A stretch of 64,000 bases of DNA from Escherichia coli (GCF_030013595.1 NZ_CP122769.1), one strand, 5' to 3'. Positions 31,482-42,408 are shown, counted from the first letter of the stretch. The notes: generated by a model not told the origin, from the letters alone. Numbers and translations are program-made.

Positions 31482-32638
31482 TGAACCTGACGCCGGGGGG
31501 CAATGCCCCCGTTCCAGCCCAGGAGTTGCGGGTCCGGATCACCTCGGGCGGCCAGGTGGATGCTTCGGCGTTTCGCCTGTATGCCGACGGGAAGGTGCAG
31601 GGTGATGCGGACATGGTGTTTTATGGTCAGCCACGTAACGATGATGGTACCGTCAGCCTGGTCAGTGAAGGCCAGTACTCAACCTTTACTGTCGCGCTCA
31701 ACCGGCTGAAACCTGATGTCCAGAAAATTGCGTTCACCGTGACCTGTGACGGTGGGCAGACGGTGTCCGGTCTTCGTAATCTTTCCATCGACGTGGAGCA
31801 AGGGGCTACCGGCCTGGTTAGCGGCAGTGTCGAACTGAGCGGCCGTCAGGAAGCAGCCTTAATTCTGGGTGAATTTTACCGTCGTAATAATGACTGGAAA
31901 TTCCGCTTCGTTGCGCAGGGGTTCAACGGTGGACTTAAACCGCTGGCAGAGCATTTCGGCGTAAATATTGCCGACGAACCGGCTCCCGCAGCCCCGACTC
32001 CTCCGGTTGTAACCCCTCCGCCAGTTGAGACAAAAATCAGCCTGAGCAAGGTATCGCTGACAAAAGAGAAGCCTGCAATCAGCCTGACCAAACGGGATAA
32101 CTTCGGTGAAATCCGGATCAACCTGAACTGGCACCGGGGCAGCGGCAAATCAGGCTTTGCAGGCATGTTCGGCTCCAAAGGAATCGACCTGGATCTGGGG
32201 GCCTTTGTTGAGCTTCAGGACGGGTATAAATCGGTCATTCAGGCGCTCGGTAATGCATTCGGTAATTATCGCGATGAACCGTATGTTCAGCTCAAGGGCG
32301 ATGACCGGACGGGTGATGTATCAGACGGCGAGTGGCTGCATATCAATGGACGTGAATGGAAGCATATCCGCGAAGTGCTGATTTACGCCTTTATTTATGA
32401 AGGTGTTCCCAGCTGGGACAAGACTGATGGTGTGGTCACCATTCATGTGCCGGATCAACCGCCCATTGAGACCCGCCTGACCGAAGGTGAAAACCGTCGC
32501 ACATTGTGCGCCATTGCCAGACTCGTAAACGAAAACGGCGCAATTAAAGTCGAGCGAATTAACCAGTACTTCAAAGGCCAGGACGAAATGGACCGGGCAT
32601 TTGGCTGGGGATTTCGCTGGAGCGCCGGTTCTAAATAA
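31481..32638 (+). CDS. terA: TerA tellurite resistance protein
   Basis: 385 aa with tandem TerD-like domains; 1-nt overlap with terZ stop. Confidence 0.9.
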   Translation: MNLTPGGNAPVPAQELRVRITSGGQVDASAFRLYADGKVQGDADMVFYGQPRNDDGTVSLVSEGQYSTFTVALNRLKPDVQKIAFTVTCDGGQTVSGLRNLSIDVEQGATGLVSGSVELSGRQEAALILGEFYRRNNDWKFRFVAQGFNGGLKPLAEHFGVNIADEPAPAAPTPPVVTPPPVETKISLSKVSLTKEKPAISLTKRDNFGEIRINLNWHRGSGKSGFAGMFGSKGIDLDLGAFVELQDGYKSVIQALGNAFGNYRDEPYVQLKGDDRTGDVSDGEWLHINGREWKHIREVLIYAFIYEGVPSWDKTDGVVTIHVPDQPPIETRLTEGENRRTLCAIARLVNENGAIKVERINQYFKGQDEMDRAFGWGFRWSAGSK

Positions 32639-32660
32639 CACAGCAACAAAGGAAACAGGT

Positions 32661-33116
32661 ATGAGCTTTTTCGACAAGGTAAAAGGTGCCATTAACTCTG
32701 GCCGGGACGAACTGACCCGCCAGGTTGGTCGTTTCAAAAACAAAAAATTTATGCACGGCACCGTTGCTGTATGTGCCCGTATTGCCGTATCGAGTGACGG
32801 CGTGAGTTCGGAAGAAAAGCAGAAAATGATGGGCTTTCTTCGCTCTTCAGAAGAGCTGAAGGTCTTCGATACCAATGAGGTGATCGAGTTCTTCAATAAA
32901 CTGGTTTCAAGCTTCGATTTCGATGTTGAAATCGGCAAGGGCGAAACCATGAAATACATCCTGGCGCTGAAAGATCAGCCTGAGGCCGCTCAGCTGGCCT
33001 TACGTGTTGGTATTGCCGTTGCGAAAAGTGACGGTAACTTCGATCAGGACGAGAAACTGGCCTCCCGCGAGATCGCTATCGCGTTGGGCTTCGACCCGGC
33101 TGAATTTGGCCTCTGA
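32661..33116 (+). CDS. terB: TerB tellurite resistance protein
   Basis: 151 aa from ATG at 32661 (MSFFDKVKGAINSG); the ORF-track start at 32601 is an upstream extension. Confidence 0.9.
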   Translation: MSFFDKVKGAINSGRDELTRQVGRFKNKKFMHGTVAVCARIAVSSDGVSSEEKQKMMGFLRSSEELKVFDTNEVIEFFNKLVSSFDFDVEIGKGETMKYILALKDQPEAAQLALRVGIAVAKSDGNFDQDEKLASREIAIALGFDPAEFGL

Positions 33117-33138
33117 TCCACATCCCTAAGGGTAAAAT

Positions 33139-34179
33139 ATGGTTTCCACACACATCGGCTTCCCGACTGAAACGGTCATTGTTTTCATTGCGCTTTCAGT
33201 CGGTGCCATCTTTATTGACCTGTTTATGCACCGTGATGACAAGCCCATTTCCCTGAAGAGTGCGGCGCTCTGGTCCGTATTCTGGGTTGTGGTTGCGATG
33301 GCATTTGCCGGTTTCCTCTACATCCACCACGGTGCTGAGGTTGCCAGCCTGTTTGTAACGGGTTATGCGCTGGAGAAAGTGCTGTCGGTCGACAACCTGT
33401 TTGTCATGATGGCCATCTTCTCCTGGTTCGCCGTTCCTGATCGTTACCGCCACCGTGTTCTCTACTGGGGGATCATTGGTGCCATCGTCTTCAGGGGCAT
33501 CTTTGTCGCCATCGGTACGAGCCTGCTGAGTCTGGGGCCGTATGTTGAAGTTGTCTTCGCTATCATCGTCGCCTGGACGGCGGTCATGATGCTTAAAAGC
33601 GGTGATGACGATGATGAAATTGAGGATTATTCCCAGCATCTGGCTTACCGCATGGTTAAACGCTTCTTCCCTATCTGGCCGAAGCTCAGAGGTCATGCTT
33701 TCCTGCTTAACCAGAAGGAAGTGGATGCCGAACTGGCGAAACCAGAAAACAGCGATGTCACCATTGGCCGTGGTAAAAAGGCGGCGCTGTATGCGACCCC
33801 TCTGTTCCTGTGTGTGGCCGTGGTTGAACTCTCGGATGTTATGTTTGCGTTTGACTCGGTACCGGCAATCATTGCCGTCAGTCGTGAACCGCTTATCGTC
33901 TATAGTGCCATGATGTTTGCTATCCTGGGCCTGCGTACTCTGTACTTTGTCCTTGAAGCACTGAAACAGTACCTGGTTCATCTGGAGAAGGCCGTTATCG
34001 TGCTGCTGTTCTTCATCGCGGCAAAACTGGGCCTGAATGCGACCGATCACATTTGGCATCATGGTTACAGCATCGCGGCGACAACCAGCCTGTATGTTGT
34101 ACTGGGTGTTTTGGCGCTGGGCATTCTCGCAAGCGTCATGTTCCCGGGCAAACCTGAATCTGAGGAAAAGGGGAGCTGA
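33139..34179 (+). CDS. terC: TerC integral membrane protein
   Basis: 346 aa, multiple TM helices. Confidence 0.9.
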   Translation: MVSTHIGFPTETVIVFIALSVGAIFIDLFMHRDDKPISLKSAALWSVFWVVVAMAFAGFLYIHHGAEVASLFVTGYALEKVLSVDNLFVMMAIFSWFAVPDRYRHRVLYWGIIGAIVFRGIFVAIGTSLLSLGPYVEVVFAIIVAWTAVMMLKSGDDDDEIEDYSQHLAYRMVKRFFPIWPKLRGHAFLLNQKEVDAELAKPENSDVTIGRGKKAALYATPLFLCVAVVELSDVMFAFDSVPAIIAVSREPLIVYSAMMFAILGLRTLYFVLEALKQYLVHLEKAVIVLLFFIAAKLGLNATDHIWHHGYSIAATTSLYVVLGVLALGILASVMFPGKPESEEKGS

Positions 34180-34227
34180 TCCCCTGAAGTGTTAACCTGA
34201 ACAATTACTAATCGAAGAGGTTATTTT

Positions 34228-34806
34228 ATGAGTGTTTCTCTTTCCAAAGGCGGGAACGTCTCCCTGAGTAAAGCAGCTCCGTCAATGAAAAACGTCCTGG
34301 TGGGCCTTGGCTGGGATGCGCGTTCAACAGACGGTCAGGACTTTGACCTGGATGCTTCAGCATTCCTGCTGGCCGCAAATGGCAAAGTGCGCGGCGATTC
34401 AGATTTCATCTTCTATAACAACCTGACGTCATCTGACGGTTCCGTAACCCATACCGGTGATAACCGTACCGGTGAAGGTGATGGTGATGATGAATCGCTG
34501 AAAATTAAACTGGACGCCGTCCCGTCTGATGTTGACAAGATCATCTTCGTTGTCACTATCCATGATGCTCAGGCTCGTCGCCAGAGCTTTGGTCAGGTAT
34601 CCGGTGCGTTTATTCGCCTGGTCAATGACGATAACCAGACTGAAGTCGCTCGCTACGATCTGACCGAAGATGCGTCCACTGAGACTGCCATGCTGTTCGG
34701 CGAGCTGTATCGCCACAATGGTGAGTGGAAATTCCGCGCAGTGGGCCAGGGTTATGCTGGTGGTCTGGCATCTGTATGTGCTCAGTACGGCATTAACGCG
34801 TCCTGA
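34228..34806 (+). CDS. terD: TerD tellurite resistance protein
   Basis: 192 aa; [13 protein letters not shown]. Confidence 0.95.
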   Translation: MSVSLSKGGNVSLSKAAPSMKNVLVGLGWDARSTDGQDFDLDASAFLLAANGKVRGDSDFIFYNNLTSSDGSVTHTGDNRTGEGDGDDESLKIKLDAVPSDVDKIIFVVTIHDAQARRQSFGQVSGAFIRLVNDDNQTEVARYDLTEDASTETAMLFGELYRHNGEWKFRAVGQGYAGGLASVCAQYGINAS

Positions 34807-34873
34807 TCGAAAAGTAACTTTTCACCCGGGGCTGTTAATGCAGCCCTCATTCAACTGTTTGCAGGAGCTAAAA

Positions 34874-35449
34874 ATGGCAGTTTCTCTCGTAAAAGGCGGC
34901 AACGTATCTCTGACCAAAGAAGCACCAACCATGAATATCGCTATGGTTGGCCTCGGCTGGGATGCCCGTGTAACTGACGGTCAGGCTTTTGACCTGGACG
35001 CTTCCGTGTTCGCAGTAGGCGAAGACGGTAAAGTGCTGTCAGATGCGCATTTCATTTTCTTCAATAACAAAACCAGCCCTGATGGCGCGGTAGAGCACCA
35101 GGGCGACAACCGTACCGGTGAAGGCGACGGTGACGATGAGCAGGTCAAAATCGATCTGACCAAAGTCTCAGCAGATATCAAAAAACTGGTGTTTGCCGTT
35201 ACCATCTATGATGCAGAAGCGCGTAAACAAAACTTCGGCATGGTGAGCAACAGCTTCATGCGCGTTTACAACAACGACAACGGCACGGAAATTGCCCGTT
35301 TCGATCTGTCTGAAGATGCCTCAACCGAAACCGCTATGGTCTTCGGTGAACTGTATCGTCATGGCGCTGAGTGGAAGTTTAAAGCTGTCGGTCAGGGCTT
35401 TGCCGGTGGCCTGGCGGCTCTTGCCTCCCAGCACGGCGTTAACATCTAA
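34874..35449 (+). CDS. terE: TerE tellurite resistance protein
   Basis: 191 aa from ATG 34874 ([13 protein letters not shown]), RBS ggagc upstream; the ORF-track start at 34670 is an extension. Confidence 0.95.
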   Translation: MAVSLVKGGNVSLTKEAPTMNIAMVGLGWDARVTDGQAFDLDASVFAVGEDGKVLSDAHFIFFNNKTSPDGAVEHQGDNRTGEGDGDDEQVKIDLTKVSADIKKLVFAVTIYDAEARKQNFGMVSNSFMRVYNNDNGTEIARFDLSEDASTETAMVFGELYRHGAEWKFKAVGQGFAGGLAALASQHGVNI

Positions 35450-35466
35450 AACAACGCTGAATCATA

Positions 35467-35491
35467 CCCCGGCAATGCCGGGGTTTTTTTT
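35467..35491 (+). terminator. Rho-independent terminator after terE
   Basis: ccccggca-a-tgccgggg followed by T8. Confidence 0.8.
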
Positions 35492-35877
35492 GGTTGCGAT
35501 CCGCTTTCAGGAGGGAGTAGTAGAAAGGGGACTGGAAATTTCAGAAAGCAGGTCATGTTAATTCAGACCTGAGCCTTTTAAAGGCAGGAAACGGATTTAT
35601 CTCTGGTTGCTGGTTAAAGCCGGTATTCCGTGCCTTTTATCAACAGAATGCCCCTCTGATATATGTTACTTTTGCGGTTTATGAAGGAACGGGATCTGGA
35701 ACATAAGATACCCGGTCAATCAAAATTCCAGTTCAACAGGTATAGAAACTTCAGCGTGATGAAATATGGTGTCACACCATATATACGCCTCACCAGAAAT
35801 CCAGCGTCCTGAACTAAGCCTGGGGAACATATATAAGCGCTGCGCTTTAAAAATAATCAAAAATCAGGAGAGTTAAT

Positions 35878-37119
35878 GTGAATCTACAATCCGGACAAAA
35901 CATACCGCTTCAGCAATCTGCGATCAGGCTGAATCTTCAGTACCCTGCCAAATCCGGCTTTAAAGGCGAACCCGATACCTGCCTCTTCCTGCTTAATGCT
36001 CAGGGAAAGGTAACCGGCGATTCTGACTTTATCTTTTATAATAATCTGTCTTCTCCTGAAGGGGCAGTAAAGCTCGTTACCGGTTCTCAGCAGTCCAGCA
36101 TTGAGATAGCACTGGATCGTGTTCCGGCGAACGTCAGTAAGATTGCGATCACCGTTGTCATTGATGGTGAAGATACTATCAGTGGGCTCAGTTTATTGAG
36201 CATTCAGGCTCCTGGTATCGCTGATTTTCAGGCTGAGACTCAGGGCCGCAGTGAGAAAGCAATCATCCTGGGTGAAGTATATCGGCACAATGGCGCCTGG
36301 AAGCTTCGTGCGCTCGGGCAGGGTTTCAACGGTGGTCTTGAGCCTCTGGCCATTAGCTTTGGCGTTGATGTCGCACAGCCAGCTCCGCAGCCAGCAAAGC
36401 CCGCTCGTATCAGTCTGGAAAAGAAACTTGAAACCAGATCTCCGCGCCTCGTAAGCCTCGCTAAAAAAGCCTCGGTCAGTCTCACTAAAAATAAACTGGA
36501 CACCCTTGAGGCAGCGGTTGCATTTGTACTTGACGCATCCGGCTCAATGAGTGGCCAGTTCAGTAAGGGCAACGTTCAGTCTGTGCTGGACCGCATCGCC
36601 GTTCTTGCCGCCCAGTTCGACGACGACGGTGAAATGGATGTCTGGGGATTTGGAGAGAAGCACAAGAAGTATCCAAACGTCACACTGGACAACCTGGACA
36701 CATATATTCAGTCCATTCGCGGGTCTGGAAAGCGTTCAGCCTGGGAGAACCTGCCGGGACTTGGTGGGACAAACAATGAGCCCCCTGTGATGGAAGAAAT
36801 TGTCGACTACTTTAAGGACTCGAAAATCCCGGTATATGTTGTATTTATTACCGATGGCGGGATCAGCAAGACCCGGGCGATTAAAGATGCAATCCGGCGT
36901 TCTGCCAACTACCCCATCTTCTGGAAGTTTGTCGGCCTGGGTGGTTCAAGCTACGGTATCCTCAAAAATCTGGATGACTTTACTGACCGCCGGGTTGATA
37001 ACACCCACTTCTTTGCCATGGATGATTTCGGTTCGATCAGCGATGAAAAGTTATATGATAATTTACTGGAAGAATTCAGACCGTGGATCGATGAAACAAA
37101 AAGGTTAGGCATCCTGTAA
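35878..37119 (+). CDS. terF: TerF (TerD-domain + vWA domain) protein
   Basis: 413 aa; N-terminal TerD-like domain, C-terminal vWA (VLDASGSM); GTG start with aggag RBS. Confidence 0.8.
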
Positions 37120-37681
37120 TACGCACAGTTTTCGCATGGTTAAAGGAGCTCTACAGCAGCTTAATACTGTAGAGCCTTTGTTCACTGGAAATCGTACAGG
37201 GAGGAGCATATGGACCGCATCAAGTACCTGAAATGGATAGCTGAAGAATCACCAACTGATGATGAAATCGACAACTACGATAGTATCATTAGTCGGGGCG
37301 CAGAAAGGGCCGAGAAGGTTCAGTTGTCTTTAAGACGTTAATATACGGGAGTTTAAATGTTCGCAGAAATCAAAGATAATTATTCGTTAGGTGGATAAAG
37401 AAAGGTTGCCATTACCAGCTTTCGACGAGTCGAAAATAAAAACCTTATTTATAGTGACAGGGAGTATGAGCTGACGCTTGCCAATGGAACAATAATTAAA
37501 AATGTACTTAGAAAAGAAGAGTGGGAACTGTTAGAAAGCAATTCAATTAAGGTTATATTATAACGAAAATATATTTACAGTTTTGGATAGGTTTCAAACG
37601 AGTCCGGACATTTGTACCTGAAGTATCTGACATTACAGTTAAGTGACGATTATGTCAGCACGTCTGTTGCTGGCAGCTTAG

Positions 37682-37963
37682 CTATCGGTCTAAAAGCTGA
37701 TCCATTAATAATTCTTCGTAAAGCCCAGAGGTATCGGGCTTTATTACAATATCCGTTATTTCGAAGCGTTCAAGTACAAATTGCAGATATTCCGGAGTAA
37801 CGTAGTAGGGATCAGGTTCAGCCAGATTAGTATAGAGTGGGTCTTCTGCTGCATTAATGTCATAATCAATGCACATATGAAACCACTGCAAAGGTGGATC
37901 CCAGCCTAACATCACCTGAACAATTCCCTGATTGCTTTTCACCTCATACCAGTGCTGGCTCAT
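37682..37963 (-). CDS. hypothetical protein
   Basis: 93-aa ORF. Confidence 0.35.
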   Translation of the reverse strand: MSQHWYEVKSNQGIVQVMLGWDPPLQWFHMCIDYDINAAEDPLYTNLAEPDPYYVTPEYLQFVLERFEITDIVIKPDTSGLYEELLMDQLLDR

Positions 37964-38012
37964 ACTTAGTCCTTAAGAAAATTTGTCATCGGAAAATAAC
38001 ACGAAGCCTGCA

Positions 38013-38204
38013 TCATCGAGGCGCATAACCTTCTTCCCTTAACGCCTGTTGTAATTTATCAACTGCGCTTTTCATTACCCAGGCTTCTTCGTCACTCACA
38101 GCACAACCACGTAGATCGCTCCAGCTCAGACGTTTAACAAATTGAGCAAGGGCCATAGTTTCGTTCTCATCAAGCCGCAAACTCAGTGTCTCAATACCTT
38201 CCAC
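38013..38204 (-). CDS. small hypothetical protein
   Basis: 63-aa ORF. Confidence 0.3.
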   Translation of the reverse strand: MEGIETLSLRLDENETMALAQFVKRLSWSDLRGCAVSDEEAWVMKSAVDKLQQALREEGYAPR

Positions 38205-38295
38205 TATCTAACCTCCCTTATAATGAAAAATGGCGCTTTACTTCTGACCAGATGCCGAAGCCTTGAATGCAGCCGGAACTGTCGTTGTTTCTACT

Positions 38296-38667
38296 TTACA
38301 GAAATGGAATTAAAAAGTGGTGATGCTGGGCACGTTTCTTTTCCAGCCGGGGTTTAAGCCAGAGCTGAAACTCATTCAACTTCTCAGCAGCCAAAACCGC
38401 TTCAACGGGGAAAACTTTATATTTACCCTGTTGCTGAGGTTCACCCAGCCATCGCCTGATGGCTCCGTCAGTCCATAAACGAGTCTCTTTTAGCCTAGTT
38501 ACAGTGACCCATTTTCTGGACCATTCATCAAATTGTCGCTGGCGATCCCGATAACGTTGTTCTTCCTGCTGCCGAAGCCACTCGCGATCAACAGCAAATT
38601 TTCGGTATCCAACAAAGAGCCCTTGTACTTTGGCCATGTCATATTCCGGTTGCTTAGAGTTACTCAT
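38296..38667 (-). CDS. hypothetical protein (basic, Arg/Gln-rich)
   Basis: 123-aa ORF. Confidence 0.4.
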   Translation of the reverse strand: MSNSKQPEYDMAKVQGLFVGYRKFAVDREWLRQQEEQRYRDRQRQFDEWSRKWVTVTRLKETRLWTDGAIRRWLGEPQQQGKYKVFPVEAVLAAEKLNEFQLWLKPRLEKKRAQHHHFLIPFL

Positions 38668-38970
38668 TCAACCAAAACCTAAACGTCGATACAAACTCTG
38701 TTTCATAACCAGGGTTTTATCCTTACCGCGACAGTAAGTAACAGGGGCTGCATAAACCGGTCATTTAGTCCGTTATGCAAAAATTATTGAGGATCCGGGC
38801 TGTTAAACTGTTCTTCCTCTTTCGCTTCCGGTGAAAAGGGGAGGTGTCACCCTGCGAGCCCGTGTAGTGAAAGGGATTCGTCGTAATACAGGCCAAAGGC
38901 TAACATGACCGCAAAGGACGCCCGGGCGACCGGATACCTGCCGGGTTGTGCGATGTAAAATCCGGAAGCA

Positions 38971-39402
38971 GTGATAACACAAACAGGCCCCTACAGCGTA
39001 AGGATTGTGATGGACGATAAAGAGCAGTTTACGAATCTTGTGGCAAAGCATGCCTCCGGACTCACCGAAGAGCAGCTGGCCGGGTACGATGCCTGTTCCC
39101 TGGATGGTGAATGCGTCACGCCTTCATACGAGGTTTTCCGGGGGTATCGTACCCGCCACACACTGGATGAATTTCTGGAGATGGCCATATCGCTGAATGC
39201 CATCCACCCGGATGAATATTTAACGGATATGCTGCTGAAGCCTCATGAGGTGATCGGCGCTCTGGCCGATGAAGGCGACCAGCTGAACAACGCCACCCCG
39301 GTTTATTTCTTTCCGGATACCGGCGTCTATGCAGCGGCCGTTAGTGAAACCCGGGTGCTCGATGCCTGGCTTTGCTGGCCATGCTACCCGGCGAACTGGT
39401 AA
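38971..39402 (+). CDS. hypothetical protein
   Basis: 143-aa ORF; likely start at internal ATG about 39010 (MDDKEQ). Confidence 0.4.
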   Translation: MITQTGPYSVRIVMDDKEQFTNLVAKHASGLTEEQLAGYDACSLDGECVTPSYEVFRGYRTRHTLDEFLEMAISLNAIHPDEYLTDMLLKPHEVIGALADEGDQLNNATPVYFFPDTGVYAAAVSETRVLDAWLCWPCYPANW

Positions 39403-39876
39403 CGCGGCCGTTGGAATTGCACCGGCCGGATACGAATTTAACCGACCCCGTGGCGGGAAGGCTATCAGAGTTGCATGTCCTCATCCCTCAAGCCCCCTGC
39501 CAGGCCCCAACGTGCTGTCAGGCTTCGCCTGATTCCCGATCTGCGCCGATACTTCAGCCGATAACTTTTTGTTTTCTTTTTATTTTCTTCCCATCTCCTC
39601 AAAAATCGCGGGCGGCGTGGACAGGGCACCATTGCCGCATGTGGGGTCTTAATAAGGGCAGGGTGGTCAGTTTTGCTCGATGCCAGGGGTAGGCCCTCCC
39701 CTTCATGGGATGAGGACATGCAAGTAAGCTAACTATCTGAAATGACGAAGGTTCATTTGGTGAATGTCGCTTCATATTAATGTTGTGTCACTTATGATCG
39801 TATGTAGCTGGTTGCAAAGAGGAGCGATGAGACAATAAAGTTGTATCGCTAACAAGATTTATGCTGCCACATAGTA

Positions 39877-39975
39877 ACAGCCTAAAAGTTGTACGCCCTA
39901 TTTAACAGCTTTTAGGCTGTTAATTTGATATTACAGCTTTTAGGGTGTATGTTTAGGAAACAGCCTGCAAGGTGT
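39877..39975 (+). promoter_or_regulatory. hipBA promoter with four phased operator-like inverted repeats ACAGC-N6-GYTGT
   Basis: Sites at 39877-39892, 39905-39920, 39933-39948, 39960-39975 (27-28 bp spacing). Confidence 0.55.
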
Positions 39976-40002
39976 ATCAGAGGAAACTACTGAGGCCAGC
40001 TT

Positions 40003-40299
40003 ATGATCAATAATGATTACCCGTTAAACACGCTCAACCAGCTGCGTCCCTTGCTCATTGGTTTTCGCAAGGCGAATGGCCTGACGCAAAAAGACCTGTC
40101 CGAAAGGTTAGGCGTCACTCAACAGACATACTCACGTCTGGAAGCCAACCCTGCCAGTGCGAGCATTGAACGGCTATTCAAGGTGTTTTCCATCCTGGGC
40201 GTAAAAATCAGCTTCTCCTCGGCAACCACCTCTTCAGAGAGGAAGCAGACGGAAGAAATGCTTAAATCAAACTCACCTGCACGACAGGAGGATTGGTAA
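40003..40299 (+). CDS. hipB: HipB-like HTH (XRE family) antitoxin
   Basis: HTH GLTQKDLSERLGVTQQTYSRLE; directly upstream of hipA. Confidence 0.85.
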   Translation: MINNDYPLNTLNQLRPLLIGFRKANGLTQKDLSERLGVTQQTYSRLEANPASASIERLFKVFSILGVKISFSSATTSSERKQTEEMLKSNSPARQEDW

Positions 40300-40303
40300 C
40301 GAT

Positions 40304-41629
40304 ATGAGCCGGAAACAGCAACGTCTGGTAATTTGGATGAACGGCATCAAAGTCGGGTACTGGGAAAAAAGCAAAGGGGTAGACAGCTTAGAATACCTTC
40401 CTGAATGGGTTGCTGACGAACAGGGAAGGCCGCTGTCATTGTCCCTTCCTTTTACTCCCGGGAACCAGGTCTGGCGTGGAAATGTGGTACGTGACTATTT
40501 TGATAATTTACTGCCGGACAGCGAAGGCATACGCAGACGTCTGGCAATGCGTTACAAGGCCGATAGCCTGGAGCCTTTTGATCTGCTGACGGAGCTGGGA
40601 AAAGACTGCGTGGGCGCGATACAGCTGCTTCATGACGGAGATGAACCCACTGATTTATATTCCGTGAAGTATCACCCGCTTACTGAATCAGAAATTGCGG
40701 CAACTTTGCGTAATACCACGGAGACATTGCTACCGGGCAGGCCAGAAGATAACGACGACTTACGTTTATCTATTGCCGGTGCTCAGGAGAAAACAGCCCT
40801 ACTGTGGCATGAAGATCGGTGGTGTATGCCGGAGGGTAATACACCAACGACGCATATATTCAAGCTACCGCTCGGACTTGTGGGGAACATGAAAGCCGAC
40901 ATGAGCTCGTCGGTTGAAAATGAATGGCTCTGCTCGGTACTTCTCGGCCAGTACGGGCTCCCCGTGGCAAGAACGCAGATTGCTCACTTTGAAGATCAGA
41001 AAGCGCTGGTGGTAGAACGTTTTGACCGAAAATGGTCAGGAGACGGACAATGGATCATTCGTTTACCCCAGGAGGATATGTGTCAGGCCCTGGGCGTTTC
41101 GCCATTACGAAAATATCAGGCGGACGGCGGGCCAGGTATATCGGAAATTATGGAGGTTCTGAGTAATTCAGACCGTGCTGAGCGTGACAAAGCGCAGTTT
41201 TTTATGACGCAGATAATTTTCTGGATGATGGCCGCAACAGATGGCCACGCTAAAAATTTCAGTATTTCTATTGGGCCACAGGGACGTTATCACCTTACAC
41301 CAAACTATGATGTGTTGTCGGCATGGCCGGTGATCGGTCATGGGAACAATCAGATATCCTGGCAGAAGTGCAAACTGGCGATGGCCGTACGTGGCAGTAG
41401 CAACTATTACCAGATATATCGAATACAACGACGCCACTGGATCAGGCATGGTGAGATAACCGGCCTGAGTAAACAGCAGACAGAGGCGATGATAGAGGAA
41501 ATCATCGCCAGAACCCCGGGTGTCATTGAACGTGTTAGCGGGCTTCTTCCGGACCAGTTCCCCCAGCAGCTTGCGGAAAGTATTTTTGATGGAATGAGGC
41601 AGCAATGCAGGCGCCTGGCTGAGAAATGA
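40304..41629 (+). CDS. hipA: HipA-family Ser/Thr kinase toxin
   Basis: 441 aa; motifs SIAGAQEK and DGHAKNFSI. Confidence 0.9.
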   Translation: MSRKQQRLVIWMNGIKVGYWEKSKGVDSLEYLPEWVADEQGRPLSLSLPFTPGNQVWRGNVVRDYFDNLLPDSEGIRRRLAMRYKADSLEPFDLLTELGKDCVGAIQLLHDGDEPTDLYSVKYHPLTESEIAATLRNTTETLLPGRPEDNDDLRLSIAGAQEKTALLWHEDRWCMPEGNTPTTHIFKLPLGLVGNMKADMSSSVENEWLCSVLLGQYGLPVARTQIAHFEDQKALVVERFDRKWSGDGQWIIRLPQEDMCQALGVSPLRKYQADGGPGISEIMEVLSNSDRAERDKAQFFMTQIIFWMMAATDGHAKNFSISIGPQGRYHLTPNYDVLSAWPVIGHGNNQISWQKCKLAMAVRGSSNYYQIYRIQRRHWIRHGEITGLSKQQTEAMIEEIIARTPGVIERVSGLLPDQFPQQLAESIFDGMRQQCRRLAEK

Positions 41630-41689
41630 CAGCCGCAATTTATAGTGTGCATGTTTTCAGAATAGCTGATGTAAGCGTGAGGATTCAGT

Positions 41690-41896
41690 ATGACTGAAGA
41701 ACAAAAAAGAATAGAGCGGGCTATTGAGTTGGCTTGTCGTTACGGCGGAACCGATGAAATGCATCATCTGCAATGGGTCGTGGATCAGATGGTAAGAGAA
41801 CTTGCTGGAGAACGTTATGCACAGATTGTAGCTGATGCCACCAGCGGAGAAGATGGGCCTGATACTTACAAATGGAGTGTTGGGATCGCGCCTTAA
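41690..41896 (+). CDS. small hypothetical protein
   Basis: 68-aa ORF. Confidence 0.3.
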   Translation: MTEEQKRIERAIELACRYGGTDEMHHLQWVVDQMVRELAGERYAQIVADATSGEDGPDTYKWSVGIAP

Positions 41897-41997
41897 CAGC
41901 TGTCGGTCTGGGGGTGAAAACGTATTCTTCATTCAGCGAATTCCCAGGCTTCACATTAAGACTAAAGCGGCGGCCGCAGTAACGTAAGAGAAAATAA

Positions 41998-42408
41998 ATG
42001 GCTATTTTAGCAATCATTGCAGTTATCGCCCTGGGTGGGTACGCCTACGGATTTATTAAAACCCGTGAGCTGAGCGCTTTGCGTAAAGAAATGAAACTAT
42101 ACGTGGATCGCATGGAAGCGGCGGAGCTGGACTTACACGCAATCAGAAGTGTAGCGGAGCACCGGTTGCACGGTGCAGGTAAACAGTTTGCCGACCTTTA
42201 CAGCCGTATCGACGGTGCAACTGTGACGCTGACACCCGAAGATCAGCTGTTACTGGCAACGATGCCATTTAATATTCAGGATGTAGAAGACATCGTAAAC
42301 GAGCGCGGTCCAAAGACAATTAGCGGCCGTCCATTCTGGGAAGTTGAGCCAGGCCTGCATGATTATGAATATGGCCCGCAATATCCGTATTTCCCAGACC
42401 AGCGCTAG
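41998..42408 (+). CDS. hypothetical membrane-anchored protein
   Basis: N-terminal TM helix MAILAIIAVIALGGYAYGFI. Confidence 0.45.
   Translation: MAILAIIAVIALGGYAYGFIKTRELSALRKEMKLYVDRMEAAELDLHAIRSVAEHRLHGAGKQFADLYSRIDGATVTLTPEDQLLLATMPFNIQDVEDIVNERGPKTISGRPFWEVEPGLHDYEYGPQYPYFPDQR

Noticed and set aside
31062-32959. Antisense and alternative-frame ORFs across terZ/terA/terB (for example 32321-32959 minus, 212 aa)
   Set aside because: Fully overlapped by canonical ter genes with strong family signatures; no independent support.
33196-34062. 288-aa minus-strand ORF
   Set aside because: Lies entirely antisense within terC, a well-supported membrane-protein gene; it is a shadow ORF.
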